From a bacterium (GTDB lineage Bacteria > Hinthialibacterota > Hinthialibacteria > Hinthialibacterales > Hinthialibacteraceae), in contig CAXXSM010000122.1 in the NCBI GenBank assembly GCA_963663405.2, positions 89,955 through 153,954 on the forward strand: 64,000 nucleotides of DNA, given 5' to 3'. A program made the translations under genes and the position numbers. Shown one piece after another: positions 39,301 through 51,340 of this stretch (positions are counted from its first letter, which is position 1; every line of letters starts with the position of its first letter). The notes beneath the pieces were generated by a model that saw only the letters and a list, made by a program, of their open reading frames with translations, was not told the DNA's origin and did no database searches.

Positions 39301-39595
39301 CGATCGCGTTCAGGGCTCCACCTTCATTGATGGTGAGTTCAATTCGGTTGACATTTTTACCCGACGCGAGGACATCGATATTCGGTTCAAATTGGACGAT
39401 GGTTCCCGGTTCGATGGTTAATGTGGCGTTTTCGATTACGGTGACATCGCCCATCAATGAAACCGTTCCGCTCCACGTTTCCTCCCCGGTGATCTCTCCA
39501 TACGTGGTTACCCCCCAGACCGGTGAGACGCTCGCGCTTGCGAGCAGGATGACGAGAGCGATGGTTGACGTGTACTGCGATTTCTTTTGATACAT
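36386..39595 (-). CDS. Large secreted modular protein: beta-helix, PT linkers, EF-hand/dockerin-like pair, duplicated C-terminal domain
   Basis: RBS AGGAGGAG; PIRFT..GEWYG beta-helix entry; PTxTP linkers; two ISQSEL.R.IQFYNTGGYH repeats. Confidence 0.8.
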   Translation of the reverse strand: MYQKKSQYTSTIALVILLASASVSPVWGVTTYGEITGEETWSGTVSLMGDVTVIENATLTIEPGTIVQFEPNIDVLASGKNVNRIELTINEGGALNAIGTEEKPIRFTPKKTSPEGGEWYGVVVSATSVNFEYCEFEYADVGLDMYSNSQIYGTVLNPIKNCTFYNNNTGMRLIISNKSQISNENISFEIIECIFTKCEYGIWNGSGGSSKSEIILRKCKIDSNADGIYNYGYIEILDSIVMNNDRGYDSSYGSSVDICDCNIYNNNIGLFILKTYRINISRCVFVDNEDHGIYLIGVDLIDFKDNVITGNGTSVDIVGNETININEGHNDIYSNSSYDLKNSGTKPIMANGNYWGQPTTDELKAGESNLTKIYDSRDNSSVGAVIILDYSETPYNEDLLVENTPTPAVAPTNTPAPTIAPTSIPTSIPTNPPEDLAFTVQSTGSISNGVVTVQLNVQYEGTLTAFGVSIDSAPLEWTFSQVTQGNPSIVPEAGSAAPLEFAWVAVPSSPSKFAIEFLLTDDPIDVQTVSGEVIYRREGNEQSVPFTIQIDPFGYHNADTDQNYEISQSELMRVIQFYNTGGYHCADTPTSTEDGFEPGLGDNHSRAAHHSDYNPQDWQINQSELLRLIQFYNTGGYHVDATGEDGFAQGKTVTSGKIVRNSLRDVYPNAANITAVRERTIDSSSAVITIDITHDGGITAFGLQETLPASWTFDSLLSGNPSISPAQGASGAMEFTWLVVPSSPITLSYRVNLNGGDSMAAIEGIVRYRTTGAEETIAISENITQYTSTPTPTPTTAPALPTPIPGEEQYVFVFDNADILVGDLTGTTDFDSLDNQNLTIHCTGDASEATDWHVYMRKGFGGYKYLGRTGSSSPILNWFAQASGLAADYRNGPDFNSVYRFRVARIDGQLTPDDFFTLPGSVGFNIEGGNELSLSAPDNPYLPEGVIAVYDDILGGENLAPSGQTGSDTDRSSWNALQIAWNMGLEASAVNTYHVKVSVDGGDYQFLGQTFTGDVNYYWWNAKQDFLTAEDFIAGPQDGHSYRFKVIALRFEGGNVSLTSGTLNYSITN

Positions 39596-39732
39596 GGTGA
39601 CTCCTCCTGTTTTTAATTTCATTGATAAAATCGGGTTCCGACATCTAATATTGACACGTTAATTTATTAAAGTTTAAATGTCAACGCTAATTAGAAAATT
39701 TTTTAATAAATTTTTCAGCAAAGTTCTGCGGC

Positions 39733-41106
39733 CTAAAACGGCGCACGGAAGATTCGGAGGGCGAGTTGGTGGTTTTCGGTGAGATTCGTGTTTCGATCGC
39801 ACCAGACGACGGCGATGAGGCCGTTTCGCCAGGCGATGCGGGGTTCGATGTCGCGGGTGACACAATCCTCATAGGGAATCGATGTGATTTTGAAGAACGG
39901 AGTGTTCGGTTGGCCTTTCGCATCGAAAATTCGGGCGGCGATTACTGACCGGTGGATTCTATCCTGTTTTGACTTAACCGGCGCATATTCAAAAACGCAG
40001 ATGAAATTGCCTTTCTCGTCGATCGCTCCATCGCAACGCCACCAGAAGATACCATCTTTAGGGATAATTGGTATATCTCCTAAAATGTTTTTACCTCTTT
40101 CATTGTAAACGACTGCGCATGCCATATCAAAAACGCGTTCAACCATGAGATACCTATCCTGGTCGTTTCCGCACCAACCGACACCCTCACCACGGGAATC
40201 CAGCAAGAAATAATCTTTAAGATGAATTTGGATCTCTTTCGTCAATGGTTCGAGGCGGTTCGTGAAAAATCGACAATGATTACCCCCTTCCGCCTCAAAA
40301 CGAACACCAAAATGGCCCTGACCGGCCGCCAATCCATGCCAGATGTTCCCATCCGCGTCTCTTTCTTGAACGGCGGCCGGACCGTGGAGGATTTTCCCTT
40401 TGGGATTCATCACACTTGCGAGAACCAGACTCTTCGCATGGGGTAAGTTGTACAATTCAGGGCCGTCTTGCTTCTGCATATCATGATAGACCGCCACGAT
40501 ATTGCCATCGCTTAGGTAACCAACATCCGAGAGGCGAACTGGGCCGGTTCGTTTGAGGAATTCCATAGGCAAGCCGGTCATGAAGGAACGTTCAAATTCT
40601 CCATCATTCCGCACGCGTTGAATGACGGGGCCGTTATCATCGATTTCAAACGGGTCCGCATAATTTGGAATCCGGTTCTGGGGCGCCTCCTTTCCATGCC
40701 AGTCGAAATACGCCGCTCCGAACAGAAACCCAGAGCCGAATGGATTCGCCTTCAGTTTCGGCGCGTACATTCCATTCAACGCTGGATAGGAACCGTCTTG
40801 TTTTTGGAAGGAACGAATCCCTTTTGTGATCGGATGGCCTTCCGAGTCGAACATCACCCATCCGGCGCCGATTTCCGCCAGGTCGTCTTCCCAACCCACA
40901 ACGATCCGGTTGTTGTCGAGAATCGTAACGGCAAGGCTCTCAACTCTCTTCGCCGCGGGGATTCATGGCAGATCGTGCACAATAATCGTATCCGTAACCG
41001 GTTCCAAACCGGCTTCTTCCAGCGAAACCGGCTGCGCGAAGGCTCCATAATAAATGGATATAATGAATAGCGCAATTAGAATTGTATTCAGCGGAATCTT
41101 ATTCAT
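39733..41106 (-). pseudogene. Secreted hypothetical protein with in-frame TGA at 40963-40965
   Basis: ATG 41106 MNKIPLNTILIALFII..AFAQ, in frame with ORF 39733..40899 except for one TGA. Confidence 0.6.
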
Positions 41107-44100
41107 TGATTAAAGCCTTTATATTTCCATTCTTTTCCAAGATTACGAGATCGAGATCGCCGTCTCCATCGATATCTCCCACATCGAAAGAGATCTCCTG
41201 CGATCCATCCAGTACTGTGATCCCCGCCGCGTACGATCCATCTCCATAATTCAGAAACATCACCAGCGAACGGTTGTTATACTCATTGTTTGTCGATTCA
41301 ATATAATCCAAATCTCCATCCCCATCGATATCGCCCAACCACGCGTCTCGAATATTGTTGTCCAACAATGTATTGAATCGAATTCTATCCAAAAAATAGT
41401 TTTTAATCCTTCTTCCATTCTTTATATTCTTTATTGTATAGATAAAGTGTTGACTGCGGATCGCTTCAATCACCGCGCAAACTAAATCCAGACTACCGTC
41501 ATTGTCGATATCTCCAAAAAATATGTATTCTCCACCACGATTCGATATGTGTAATTTCTCTGCGTTGTAATGCTTTTTCCCCTGATTTGGATAGTAAAAA
41601 ATCTGATTGGTATCTGGAGAGTTAACAACCAGATCTAAATCGCCATCACGATCGATATCGTGGAAATGAAACGTTCGCGTCGCATTATTATTAAATGGCA
41701 GCGGTATGCTTGAATCAAATTTCCCGCCGCCTTGATTGAAATAGAGTTTATACATATTTCCATCTAAGTAACTTCCGGCCAGCAAAAGATCGTTAAATCC
41801 ATCTCCATTCACATCCCCCATAGCGGCATTTGCAAAGAATTCCAATCCCAGTTCAAAATTGATGGCGTGGTGAAACTTCGCCAATCCATTATTTATATAT
41901 AAACGGTTCGGCATTTCTGGAAAATTACTGACGGCTAAATCCAGATCGCCATCGTTGTCGATATCCCCCAGCGCTTGGGAATGAATTCGATTCACTGGCC
42001 CTGTAATCTTGAATGTTTTATCAAAATATCCATTTCCATCATTTAGGAAAATTGTCTGCCCTCCACTCTCCACGCTTACGAGCGCGTCTATATCACCATC
42101 ACTATCTAAGTCAGCAAGATCGATATCGTAATGCGAATAGAGATTATCAATTTTTGTAGGATATGAGCGGACTTGAAAATTCATTGACGCCGGTTCGCTG
42201 CGGGTTTGGAATTGATAGACAAATGGTTGTTCAGGTTTGTTTGTAAAATGAGCGAAGAGCGCTTCCGTTAAGGAAACTTGCACATCCTCGCCCGCAAAAA
42301 AGGTTTTCGCTGGATGAAAGCGGAGCGTGTGAGAATCCAGCTGTTGGATGCGGCCTGCGCGGCAGCCGCTGCGTGAGCCGTGTACTGTAATCCCTTTTTC
42401 CGGTGTCTGATGAATTGGATGTGTCAATGTAACATCAATAGAAGTATCCCGCCGGATGGAATGACTGTTTTGCGCCGGTAACACCTCCTTTACACGAACT
42501 GGGAGATCATTGTAAAAGACAGCGATCGATCCACCACGGCCGGCGTGGATCATATCCAAATCCCCGTCCAGATCGATATCCACGAATTGCGTATGGAGCG
42601 TCTTATTTCCATTATCGATCGAGGCCACTCTTGTTTCATATGGATTGTTCTCATCATTAATATAGAAGTAATCGAACACTTCTCTATTGCCAACGAGCAA
42701 ATCAAAATCCCCATCCAAATCCAGATCGCCGAAATCACAACAAACCGCATCATCCAGCAAACGCAATTCGGCAATATTATGTATCGAGGAATCCGGGGTG
42801 AGTTGAAATATCGCGCCCTGGTTGTTGATTGCGGCCATTAGTAAAGAATTTGAATCCAGCGCTTGGTTATCGTGTGATGCAGGAAACCAGATATGCGAAA
42901 CCAAATTGTTTTGGATAGTAACCGGGCAGGAGCGTTCAAGAAAATTCCCTTGTGAGTCATTTTCAAATATGTAAATGATATGGTTATACGCGGCTAAAAT
43001 ATCTAAATCGCCATCACGATCCACATCATGTATCATCAATGAATGGTATTTACGTCGTTCATTTTCTAACTCAATTTTTTCGGCAAACTATCCTTCTCCA
43101 TTGTTGTAATACAGGGCTGTGGGAAGATGTTCGTTTGTTTCTACAAGATCGGGATAGCGGTCTCCATCCAGGTCTCCGGCTTCAATAAAAATCGTCATAC
43201 TGTCTGGAGATCCAAATCTTTCTGAAAGGGAGAATGAATTGGATTCATTGATATAAACTTGATTGGCGCGCAGTTGATCGCCGATAAGAATATCCGTATC
43301 CCGATCCAGATCGACATCAACAAGGACGATCGACTTTCCCCGGCTCCGTTTCGAGCCTATTTCTTTCCAGAACTGGAAGGATTGTCCATTCTGGTTTAGG
43401 TAGATGGCGTTTGGTTCTCCCATGTCGGTTCCGATGACGATATCTGGATAGCGGTCGCCGTTGATGTCTCCTGTGGCTATACAGGTGATTTTTTGATAGT
43501 CTTCTCCAAACTCGATTCGTTTGGTCAATGTAAATTGTGAATCGGGCGCGAGGGGGAGAATAATTGTCTCATAGGGATTTGGTGAAGGTTGTTCGTCAAA
43601 ACCTGACATAGCGATTTGTGAATTATCAAGTGCATACTTGTCAAGTGATTTAGGGAACAAAATTGCGCGTGAGACTATACCCGCTGTCATTAAAAACAGT
43701 ATGATATAAAGCAGGAAATAACATTTATACACGAATGATATTCTTGACAGGCGGCTCATTGGTATGGAGAGCACATTATCCAGCCGGACCAATAATGGAT
43801 TTTCGTTCTGAAAGAATCGCATGACAGGCTTCAGTGATTCGTCCTGTTGAAAATTCTCCGCAAACCGCGTCAAACGCCTCGCCAAATTCAAGCCCACTGC
43901 CAAGCAGCGCCGCGGCGTATTCATCACAGGCCGTGTCCTGCGCGACAATGTGTCTCTTTTGCAGCAGCCAGATGGGCGGCAGAAACCATAACACAATCCG
44001 CAGCGCCTGCATAACATAGTGCACGGATAAATCGTTCCGCAGGATATGAACCAATTCATGCGCAAAGACTGCTTTTAAATCCTTCTGAAATGACCGTTTC

Positions 44101-44872
44101 AGCAGCTTCGTTGGCAGGTAGATTGTTGGACGCCAAATACCACTGACAAACGAGAGCGATGGATAAAGGGCCGTGTTTGATACATACATTCGAATGAAGA
44201 AATAACATCTGCCGGAGCCGTTCTAGCGCCATCGAGGATTCGTTGATTCTTCACCGGATGCGCCTGCTTGAGCAGAATCGACAACCAGCGCCATGATACT
44301 ATGCAGCGAATCAGATAGTATAAAACACCGATCCCCCAAATGCAGACTAGAATGCATTCAATGAGCGTGCGCCATTCAATACGTGTGATTATTGTGAGTA
44401 GAGGTTGCTCCGATACATGTAGCTGTTTTTCACTATCCTTTGTTTCCGAATCAGTCAATGTAGGATTGGCAGTCTGTGTTTGGGGAAATGTAGGTTCAAC
44501 GGCTGGGGTGGGATTGAGAGAATCAGTCGTTTTGTTTGTTTCGATTGGGGCTGCATTTTTATTTACATTCGCGCTGACTTCCGGTTCGGTTGGAAGTGAG
44601 GTTCTTTCTTGGTTCATTTGAGGAACGGTCCAGTGCGCGATGGTTTTGACTGTTTTGTGAATGGGCGAGATATGAAGCAGTGGATCGATCAATAGGGGGG
44701 AAAGAGGAAATGCCCAAAGTGTCAGCAAAGCGATTGTCCAAATCGCCGCCTTGATATTCCCGTTCGTGTTGCGAAGAAGCCAATGTATAAAAGCAGAGAC
44801 GCTGACACAAATGGTGGAGACAATGGACCACGCGGCAAGAAATAAAAAGCAATACTGAAACGAATCAGCCAT
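41099..44872 (-). CDS. BlaR1/peptidase M56 sensor fused to FG-GAP (VCBS) repeats and an Ig-like domain, split by frameshifts
   Basis: PTIYLP, HELVHILRND, ACD in 43776..44189; many GDxDxDGDLD repeats in 41099..43600. Confidence 0.75.
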
Positions 44873-44990
44873 TGGCTTTATATTCTTTGATTTTTTCCTT
44901 CATTTTCTGGATCACGTCGGTAGTGATCCTTGATTCATCTAGCACCCAAACGACAAAATCTCCATGATTGCCTTGAAAGTGTACGTTCAC
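44865..44990 (-). pseudogene. BlaI/MecI-like repressor C-terminal remnant
   Basis: VNVHFQGNHGDFVVWVLDESRITTDVIQKMKEKIKE; stop overlaps the M56 gene start; TAG immediately upstream. Confidence 0.55.
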
Positions 44991-45444
44991 CTAGTGATAA
45001 AAGTATTTTTCGACCGAAGTCCGTTACTTCCCGGATTTAACTGACGCTGGATGAAGCAATATCCCACAAGATCTACAAAAGGTAAAGTACCCAATCCGCT
45101 GGGCGTCACAGATCCCGGCCGTCCCATCGCCTTATCCTCTTAATGAATACGCGTGAATTAACAAATTCTATGAGACGTAAAACCACTTGTCAAGTAAAGT
45201 AAACAGAATCAATCCGTACGAATTATTACGCCAATGAGTATTTTGTGTTTATGATTTTGCATGTCAAGTGTAGAAGTAAAGTGTAGTTAAAGTGCAACCG
45301 GCGCTTTTAAATAACCCTTCGGACTTTCCATCAAAACCACTGTCTGTTTTGTAAAGGGGATTCAATTCTTGTTTTCAGGCGAAAATATTGATAAAATCTA
45401 ATGATACAGCGAATTAAGAACCCAATCGTGTTATAGGGATAAAA

Positions 45445-48400
45445 ATGGATCGTGAAAAACATTTAGAATCTATCTACAATAAAAATAATTACATCGTAAA
45501 ATTTATGCAAAAAACGCTGGATTCCTTGACAAGCCATATTGCGATTTTGGATAAAGAAGGCACGATTATCTTCGTGAATCAATCATGGCGATCCTTTGCG
45601 GAGAAGAATGGATTTTTGTTTCTCGATCATGGTGTTGGCGCGAATTATATAAAAGTTTGCTGAAAATCAGCCTCAATGGGTGATTCGCAAGCGGAGGCTG
45701 TGCTTTCAGCAATTGATCGTATCCTAACAGGAGATGTAGAACACTATCAAATCGAATACGCCTGTCATTCCCACAATCAACAGCGCTGGTTCATTTTACG
45801 GTTAACGCGATTTGAGAATCAAGAAAATGTCTATGTCGTCACATCGCACGAAAATATTACTGAAAGAAAACAGAAAGAACTATGTTTGCAAACGGTTGAA
45901 AAAAGATTTCAAGACATGGTGATGTGTTCGAGTGATTGGGTATGGGAAGTCAATCAACAGGGCGCTTATACATATGTCTCGGGTAATGTGAAAGAAATCT
46001 TAGGCTATGAACCGGATGAATTACTCGGGAAAACTCCATTCGATCTAATGACGCAAGAGGAAAGAGATCATATTTACCCATTGTATCTTAATTTATCCGC
46101 TAAAAAAGAAGATATTGTCAATCTCGAAAACTGGGCCGTTACAAAGCATGGCCGCCACATTTGTTTATCGACGAATGGTATACCTTATTACGATTCACAT
46201 GGTCATTTTTCAGGATATCGAGGTGTCGATCGAGATATTACGAAAGAAAAACTCGCTCAAAACCGATTGGAAAAAAGTGAAAAAATTCATCATGCGACCC
46301 AGCGTGTGGCCAAAATCGGTGGTTGGGAGTTTGATTTAGTTTCTCAATCCCTCTATTGGACTGACGAAGTCCGCCGGATTCATGAAGTGCCTATCGATTA
46401 CCAGCCCAACTTGGAGGACGCGATTGGTTTTTACACTCCCAAACATCGAGCAATCATGCAAGACGCAATTGATCGCGCCATAGAAACCGGCGCCGGTTGG
46501 GATTTAGAACTCCAATTGATCACCGCTACAAAAAAGACGATTTGGGTTCGGGCAATAGGACATGCAGAGCGAAAAGAAGGTAACATAGTTACGTTATATG
46601 GCACATTCCAAGATATTGATGAAACCAAACGCACTGAATACTCGCTCATCCAATCTCAGAAGAACTTAGATCTGAAGAATCAAATAGCGACGGCTTTTTT
46701 AACGAACAAGAATGAAGATGTATACGCAGAAGCGCTTTCTATTTTGCTGCAATCGTTTGACAGCGAATATGGATATTTTGGTTATATCAATGAAAAGGGT
46801 GAGCTGGTTTGTCCTTCTATGACGCGGGATATTTGGGACGCCTGCCAAGTGCCTGAAAAAAGTATTGTCTTTCCTCCATCGGTTTGGGGTGGATTGTGGG
46901 GGCGTTCTCTTACCGAAAAAAAATCGATGTATCAAAATCAATCCTTGACACTTCCAAAAGGACATATTGCGTTGTCATGCGCAATTGCCATTCCGATTCT
47001 GTTTCAAGAAAGCTTAATCGGTCATATCGTTCTCGCGAATAAACCGGGAGGATACAACAATACGGATGTCAATCAACTGAATACATTGGTCGATCAAATT
47101 TCTCCCGATTTTACAAGCGCGATTGGAAGCGGAACGAAATAAGCGGCAACGAATCATAGCGGAAAACGCGCTGAAAGAAAATGAAAAGAAATATCGTGAG
47201 TTTGTGGAGGGAACGGATAATTTAATCACACAAGTCGACGCAAATGGATGTTTCACGTACGTTAACCATATGGCCCGTGAAATCTATGGAATGGCGCCGG
47301 ATCAATGTGTCGGCAAACTGGCTTTTGAATTTATCCATCCTGAAGACCGCATAAAAACGGTCAAAGCGTTTGAGGATTGGATTGCGAATAAAATACAGCG
47401 TACGACATTTGAGAATCGGCAAATTTCTCCGGATGGCCATACGCGAAATTTTAATTGGACGATTAATTTCACGTATGACGATCAAGGTGAATTATTATAT
47501 ATCAATTCAATCGCCCAAAATATCACCGATTTGAAACGGGTGGAAAAAGAACTGCGTCAGGCTCGGGATGAATTGGAAAAACGCGTTGAAGAGCGAACCC
47601 GGGAATTACTCGCCTCCAACAGGAAATTGCAGAAAGAGATTGCCGAGCGAAAACGGATTGAGCGGGAACTTATCTTAAATCAAGAACGTCTGAACTTAGC
47701 TCTGGATGCCACCAGCGATGGACTTTGGGATTGGAATCTCAAAACCAATGAAGTCTTTTTTAGTCCTAAATATTATACGATGTTGGGGTATGAGCCCTAT
47801 GAATTTCCCGCGTCGTTTGACGTATGGAAGCGCTTGCTTCATCCGGAAGATAAAAACTTTGCCGTAAAAAGAGTAAACGATCATATCAGTGGCCGGGATG
47901 AAAAATTTCATGTCGAATTTCGTTTGAAATCCAAAAAAGGAGATTGGATATGGATTCTCAGCCGGGGGAAAACGATATCCCGCGATGCGCATGGAAATCC
48001 GGATCGGATGATTGGAACCCATGTGGATATTTCTGTCCAGAAATCGGTTGAGGACAAACTCATGCGGCAAACCGGTGAATTGAACGCCTTGTTCAATTTA
48101 ACCCCATCAGATCAGTTTGAGTTTTTCGCTGGAAAAAATAATCCGAGCCGCGTTAACTGAAATCTCCAAATTATTTTCTCCTGATATCACGGTTTTGTTC
48201 CTCGTTCACAAGGAGAAATTAATCCTCAAAGACGCTATTTATAATGAACAAACAATCCCAGAGCATTTTGAAACACCACTACACAAGATAGGTGAATGTC
48301 TCTGTGGAATAGCGGCAAAGAATAACAAAGCTATTTTTTGTGAAAACATACGAGAGGATCCTCGTTACACGTGGATCGAATGTAAAAAAGCCGGCATTTT

Positions 48401-50908
48401 TTCCATGGCCGCATTACCATTACGCGCGCGAGGGCAGGTCTTAGGGATTTTAGGAATTGGGACTGTACAACCGCGGGCATTTCATTCTCAAAAGGAATTT
48501 CTCGAAACGATCGCATCCGAAATTGGCAATGGATTAAACAATGTATTGATCTATGAGGAAACTTAAGAGAAACATACACAAACATTAGCGAGAGAAATTA
48601 CAGACCGGAAAAAGGCCGAATTGAAATTACGAGAATCTGAACAACGATATCGCGAATTATACGAAACCAGCCGAGATGGTATCGTTATGCTGAATCTGGA
48701 GGGACAGATTGTACATTTTAACAATAGTTTCCAACAGATGATTGGTTATTCCGTTAATGAAATAAGCGCAGCAACTTTGCAGGAACTGACTCCTCCTGAA
48801 TGGCATGAAATGGAACAGGTGATTTTAAAGGAAGAAGTAATGAAGCGGGGATTTTCGGTTTTATATGAAAAAGAATATTTACGAAAAGACGGTACGAGGA
48901 TACCCGTAGAAATTAGAACCTATTTGTCAAAACACTATGATGGCCGGGCGATAGGCTATTGGGCGTACATTCGGGATATTACAGAACGGAAGAAATCGGA
49001 AGAAGCGTTACGTAATTCAGAAATGCTTTATCAGTCTCTTGTGGGAAAACTTACCGCAGTATATTTTTAGGAAAGATATCGAAGGGCGTTATCTTTTCGC
49101 CAATAGAAATTTCTGTGATCATGTTGGCCAGTCCCAAGAGAATATCATCGGAAAGCTGGATCAAGATATCTATCCTGGCCAGCTGGCGGAACAATTCCAA
49201 TTTTGAAGACCGGCAGGTCATTCGTACTGGAATCCCATTGGAAACCGAAGAACGTTTTGGTATAGAGGACAAAAAGGAATTTACTGTCATTCATAAGATC
49301 AAAACACCGGTCCGCGATTCCAGCGGAACAATTATCGGAACGCAAGGAATCTTTTGGGACATAACCGAAAAGAAGAAAGCGGAGATAGCAATCAAAGAAA
49401 GTGAAGAAAAATATCGTTTAATCAGCGAGAATATCCCCGTCGCCGTCTATTCCGCTTTGGTGGATCCACAATCGACAACATTATTCATCTCCGATCAGAT
49501 TGAAGTCATCACGGGCATCCCAGCGCAGGATTTTATAAAGGACTCAAGTAAATTTTATGACGTAATCCATCCTGCGTATCGAGATTTAGTTGAAACCGAA
49601 TTGCAGAGCCATCGAGAATCCCATTCGTTGCTTGATATAGAATATCTCATTATCACACAAAAGGGACAGGAAAAATGGGTTCGAGACAAGGCGACTCCTA
49701 TGTTCGATGCGGAAGGGCAAATGGTTCGAATCAATGGTTTTATTGAAGACATCACCGATCGCAAACGAGCGGAAGACGCGTTGAAAACGAAAACAAAAGA
49801 ACTTGAGGAGGTGTTTCAAGCGTTTCCGGATGGGATCGTGTATACTGATACCAACGGGAAGATTATGATTATTAATGATGGATTTGTTCATTTATTCGAT
49901 TTTCAACCGGAAGAGATTATCGGTCAGAAAACGGATCGTCTTTATGCCAACTTAACGGATTATCACGAGCGAGAGAAAATCCAGTATAATAATGAGGCCC
50001 GTATTCCTCTTGAACCTTATGAGATTCAATATCGGCGAAAAAATGGAGAAATTTTCATTAGTGAAACCGTGGGAACCGCCGTTCGTAACATTAACGATGA
50101 ACCCATTGGCTATTTATATATTATTCGTGATATTACGGAGCGTAAAAAAAAGGAAGACGAAATTCGGCGTTTAAATGAAGAACTGGAGGAACGCGTTTCA
50201 CAGCGAACGACCGAGTTGGAAACGGCGAATAAAGAATTAGAAGCCTTCTCGTATTCGATATCACACGACCTGCGGGCTCCTTTACGGGCGATCGACGGCT
50301 TCAGCCGCGCCTTATTAGAAGACTGCAATGATGTCTTGAATGATGACGGCCTGATGTACCTCGATCGGATCCGAAAAAACAGCCAGCGAATGGCTTCATT
50401 AATAGACGATATTTTAAGCCTCTCCCGCATGACGCGCGCTGAAATGTGTGTAGATTCGATTCACTTGAGTGAAATGGTAGAGAGCATTCTTGAGGATTTA
50501 AGAGCCGCCCACCCCGGCCGGACTGTTACCACCACTGTGGAGCCAGGATTACATTGCGCCGGTGACAGTCAAATGATGCGATTAGTCTTGGAGAACCTTA
50601 TTGGCAACGCGTGGAAATTTACAAGCAAAACCGATCAAGCCATGATTCACTTTGGCGCTCAAGACCTGGACAATCAAACTGTTTTTTTTGTTAGAGACAA
50701 CGGCGCTGGATTCGATATGGCCTATGCGGACAAAATGTTTGGCGCATTTCAACGTTTGCACACGGTGGACGAATTTGAAGGAACAGGCGTGGGATTGGCG
50801 ACGGTGCAACGAATCATCAATCGCCATTGTGGGCGGATATGGGCGGAAGGGGAAATTTCAAAGGGAGCGGTATTCTACTTCACCCTACCTGAAAGGAAGG
50901 GAAAGTAA
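45445..50908 (+). CDS. Very large multi-PAS/GAF sensor histidine kinase, fragmented into six ORFs
   Basis: Repeated PAC DITERK motifs, two GAF segments, FSYSISHDLRAPLR H-box, NAWKF, DNGAGF, GTGVGLA. Confidence 0.85.
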
Positions 50909-51340
50909 GTGGATAAAAAACGGATCTTGTTAATCGATGATAATGAAGACGATATTCTTCTGACCAAGCGGGCGCTTCGGTTGTGCTCAATCCCATGTGA
51001 TCTAGACGTGATTAAAGATGGGAGCGCGGCGATGGCAGCGCTATTCAATGATGAAAATACATCTCTTCCCGATCTCATTCTTCTTGACTTGAAACTTCCT
51101 AAAGTCGATGGGATTGAAATCTTACGGCAAATTCGAGAACATCCCCGAACCAAGCTCTTAGTCGTAGTTGTTTTGACAACATCAATTGAAGAATCGGATA
51201 TCCATAAATGCTATGGATTACATGTCAATAGTTATCTGCGCAAACCGGTGGATTTTGACCAGTTTCTAGACGAAATAAAACTGTTATGCGCTTATTGGTT
51301 GAAGATGAATATTGCGGCGCCTCCAACGGGGAGAATTTAG
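50909..51340 (+). CDS. Single-domain response regulator (Rcp1-like)
   Basis: LLIDDNEDD, PDLILLDLKLPKVDG, LTTS, NSYLRKP. Confidence 0.92.
   Translation: MDKKRILLIDDNEDDILLTKRALRLCSIPCDLDVIKDGSAAMAALFNDENTSLPDLILLDLKLPKVDGIEILRQIREHPRTKLLVVVVLTTSIEESDIHKCYGLHVNSYLRKPVDFDQFLDEIKLLCAYWLKMNIAAPPTGRI

Noticed and set aside
14938-45663. TGA recoding (alternative genetic code or selenocysteine) suggested by in-frame TGA near 14938, 34090, 40963 and 45661
   Set aside because: Many intact genes end in TGA, two cases are in obvious remnants, and the implied residues differ; point mutation or sequencing error is simpler
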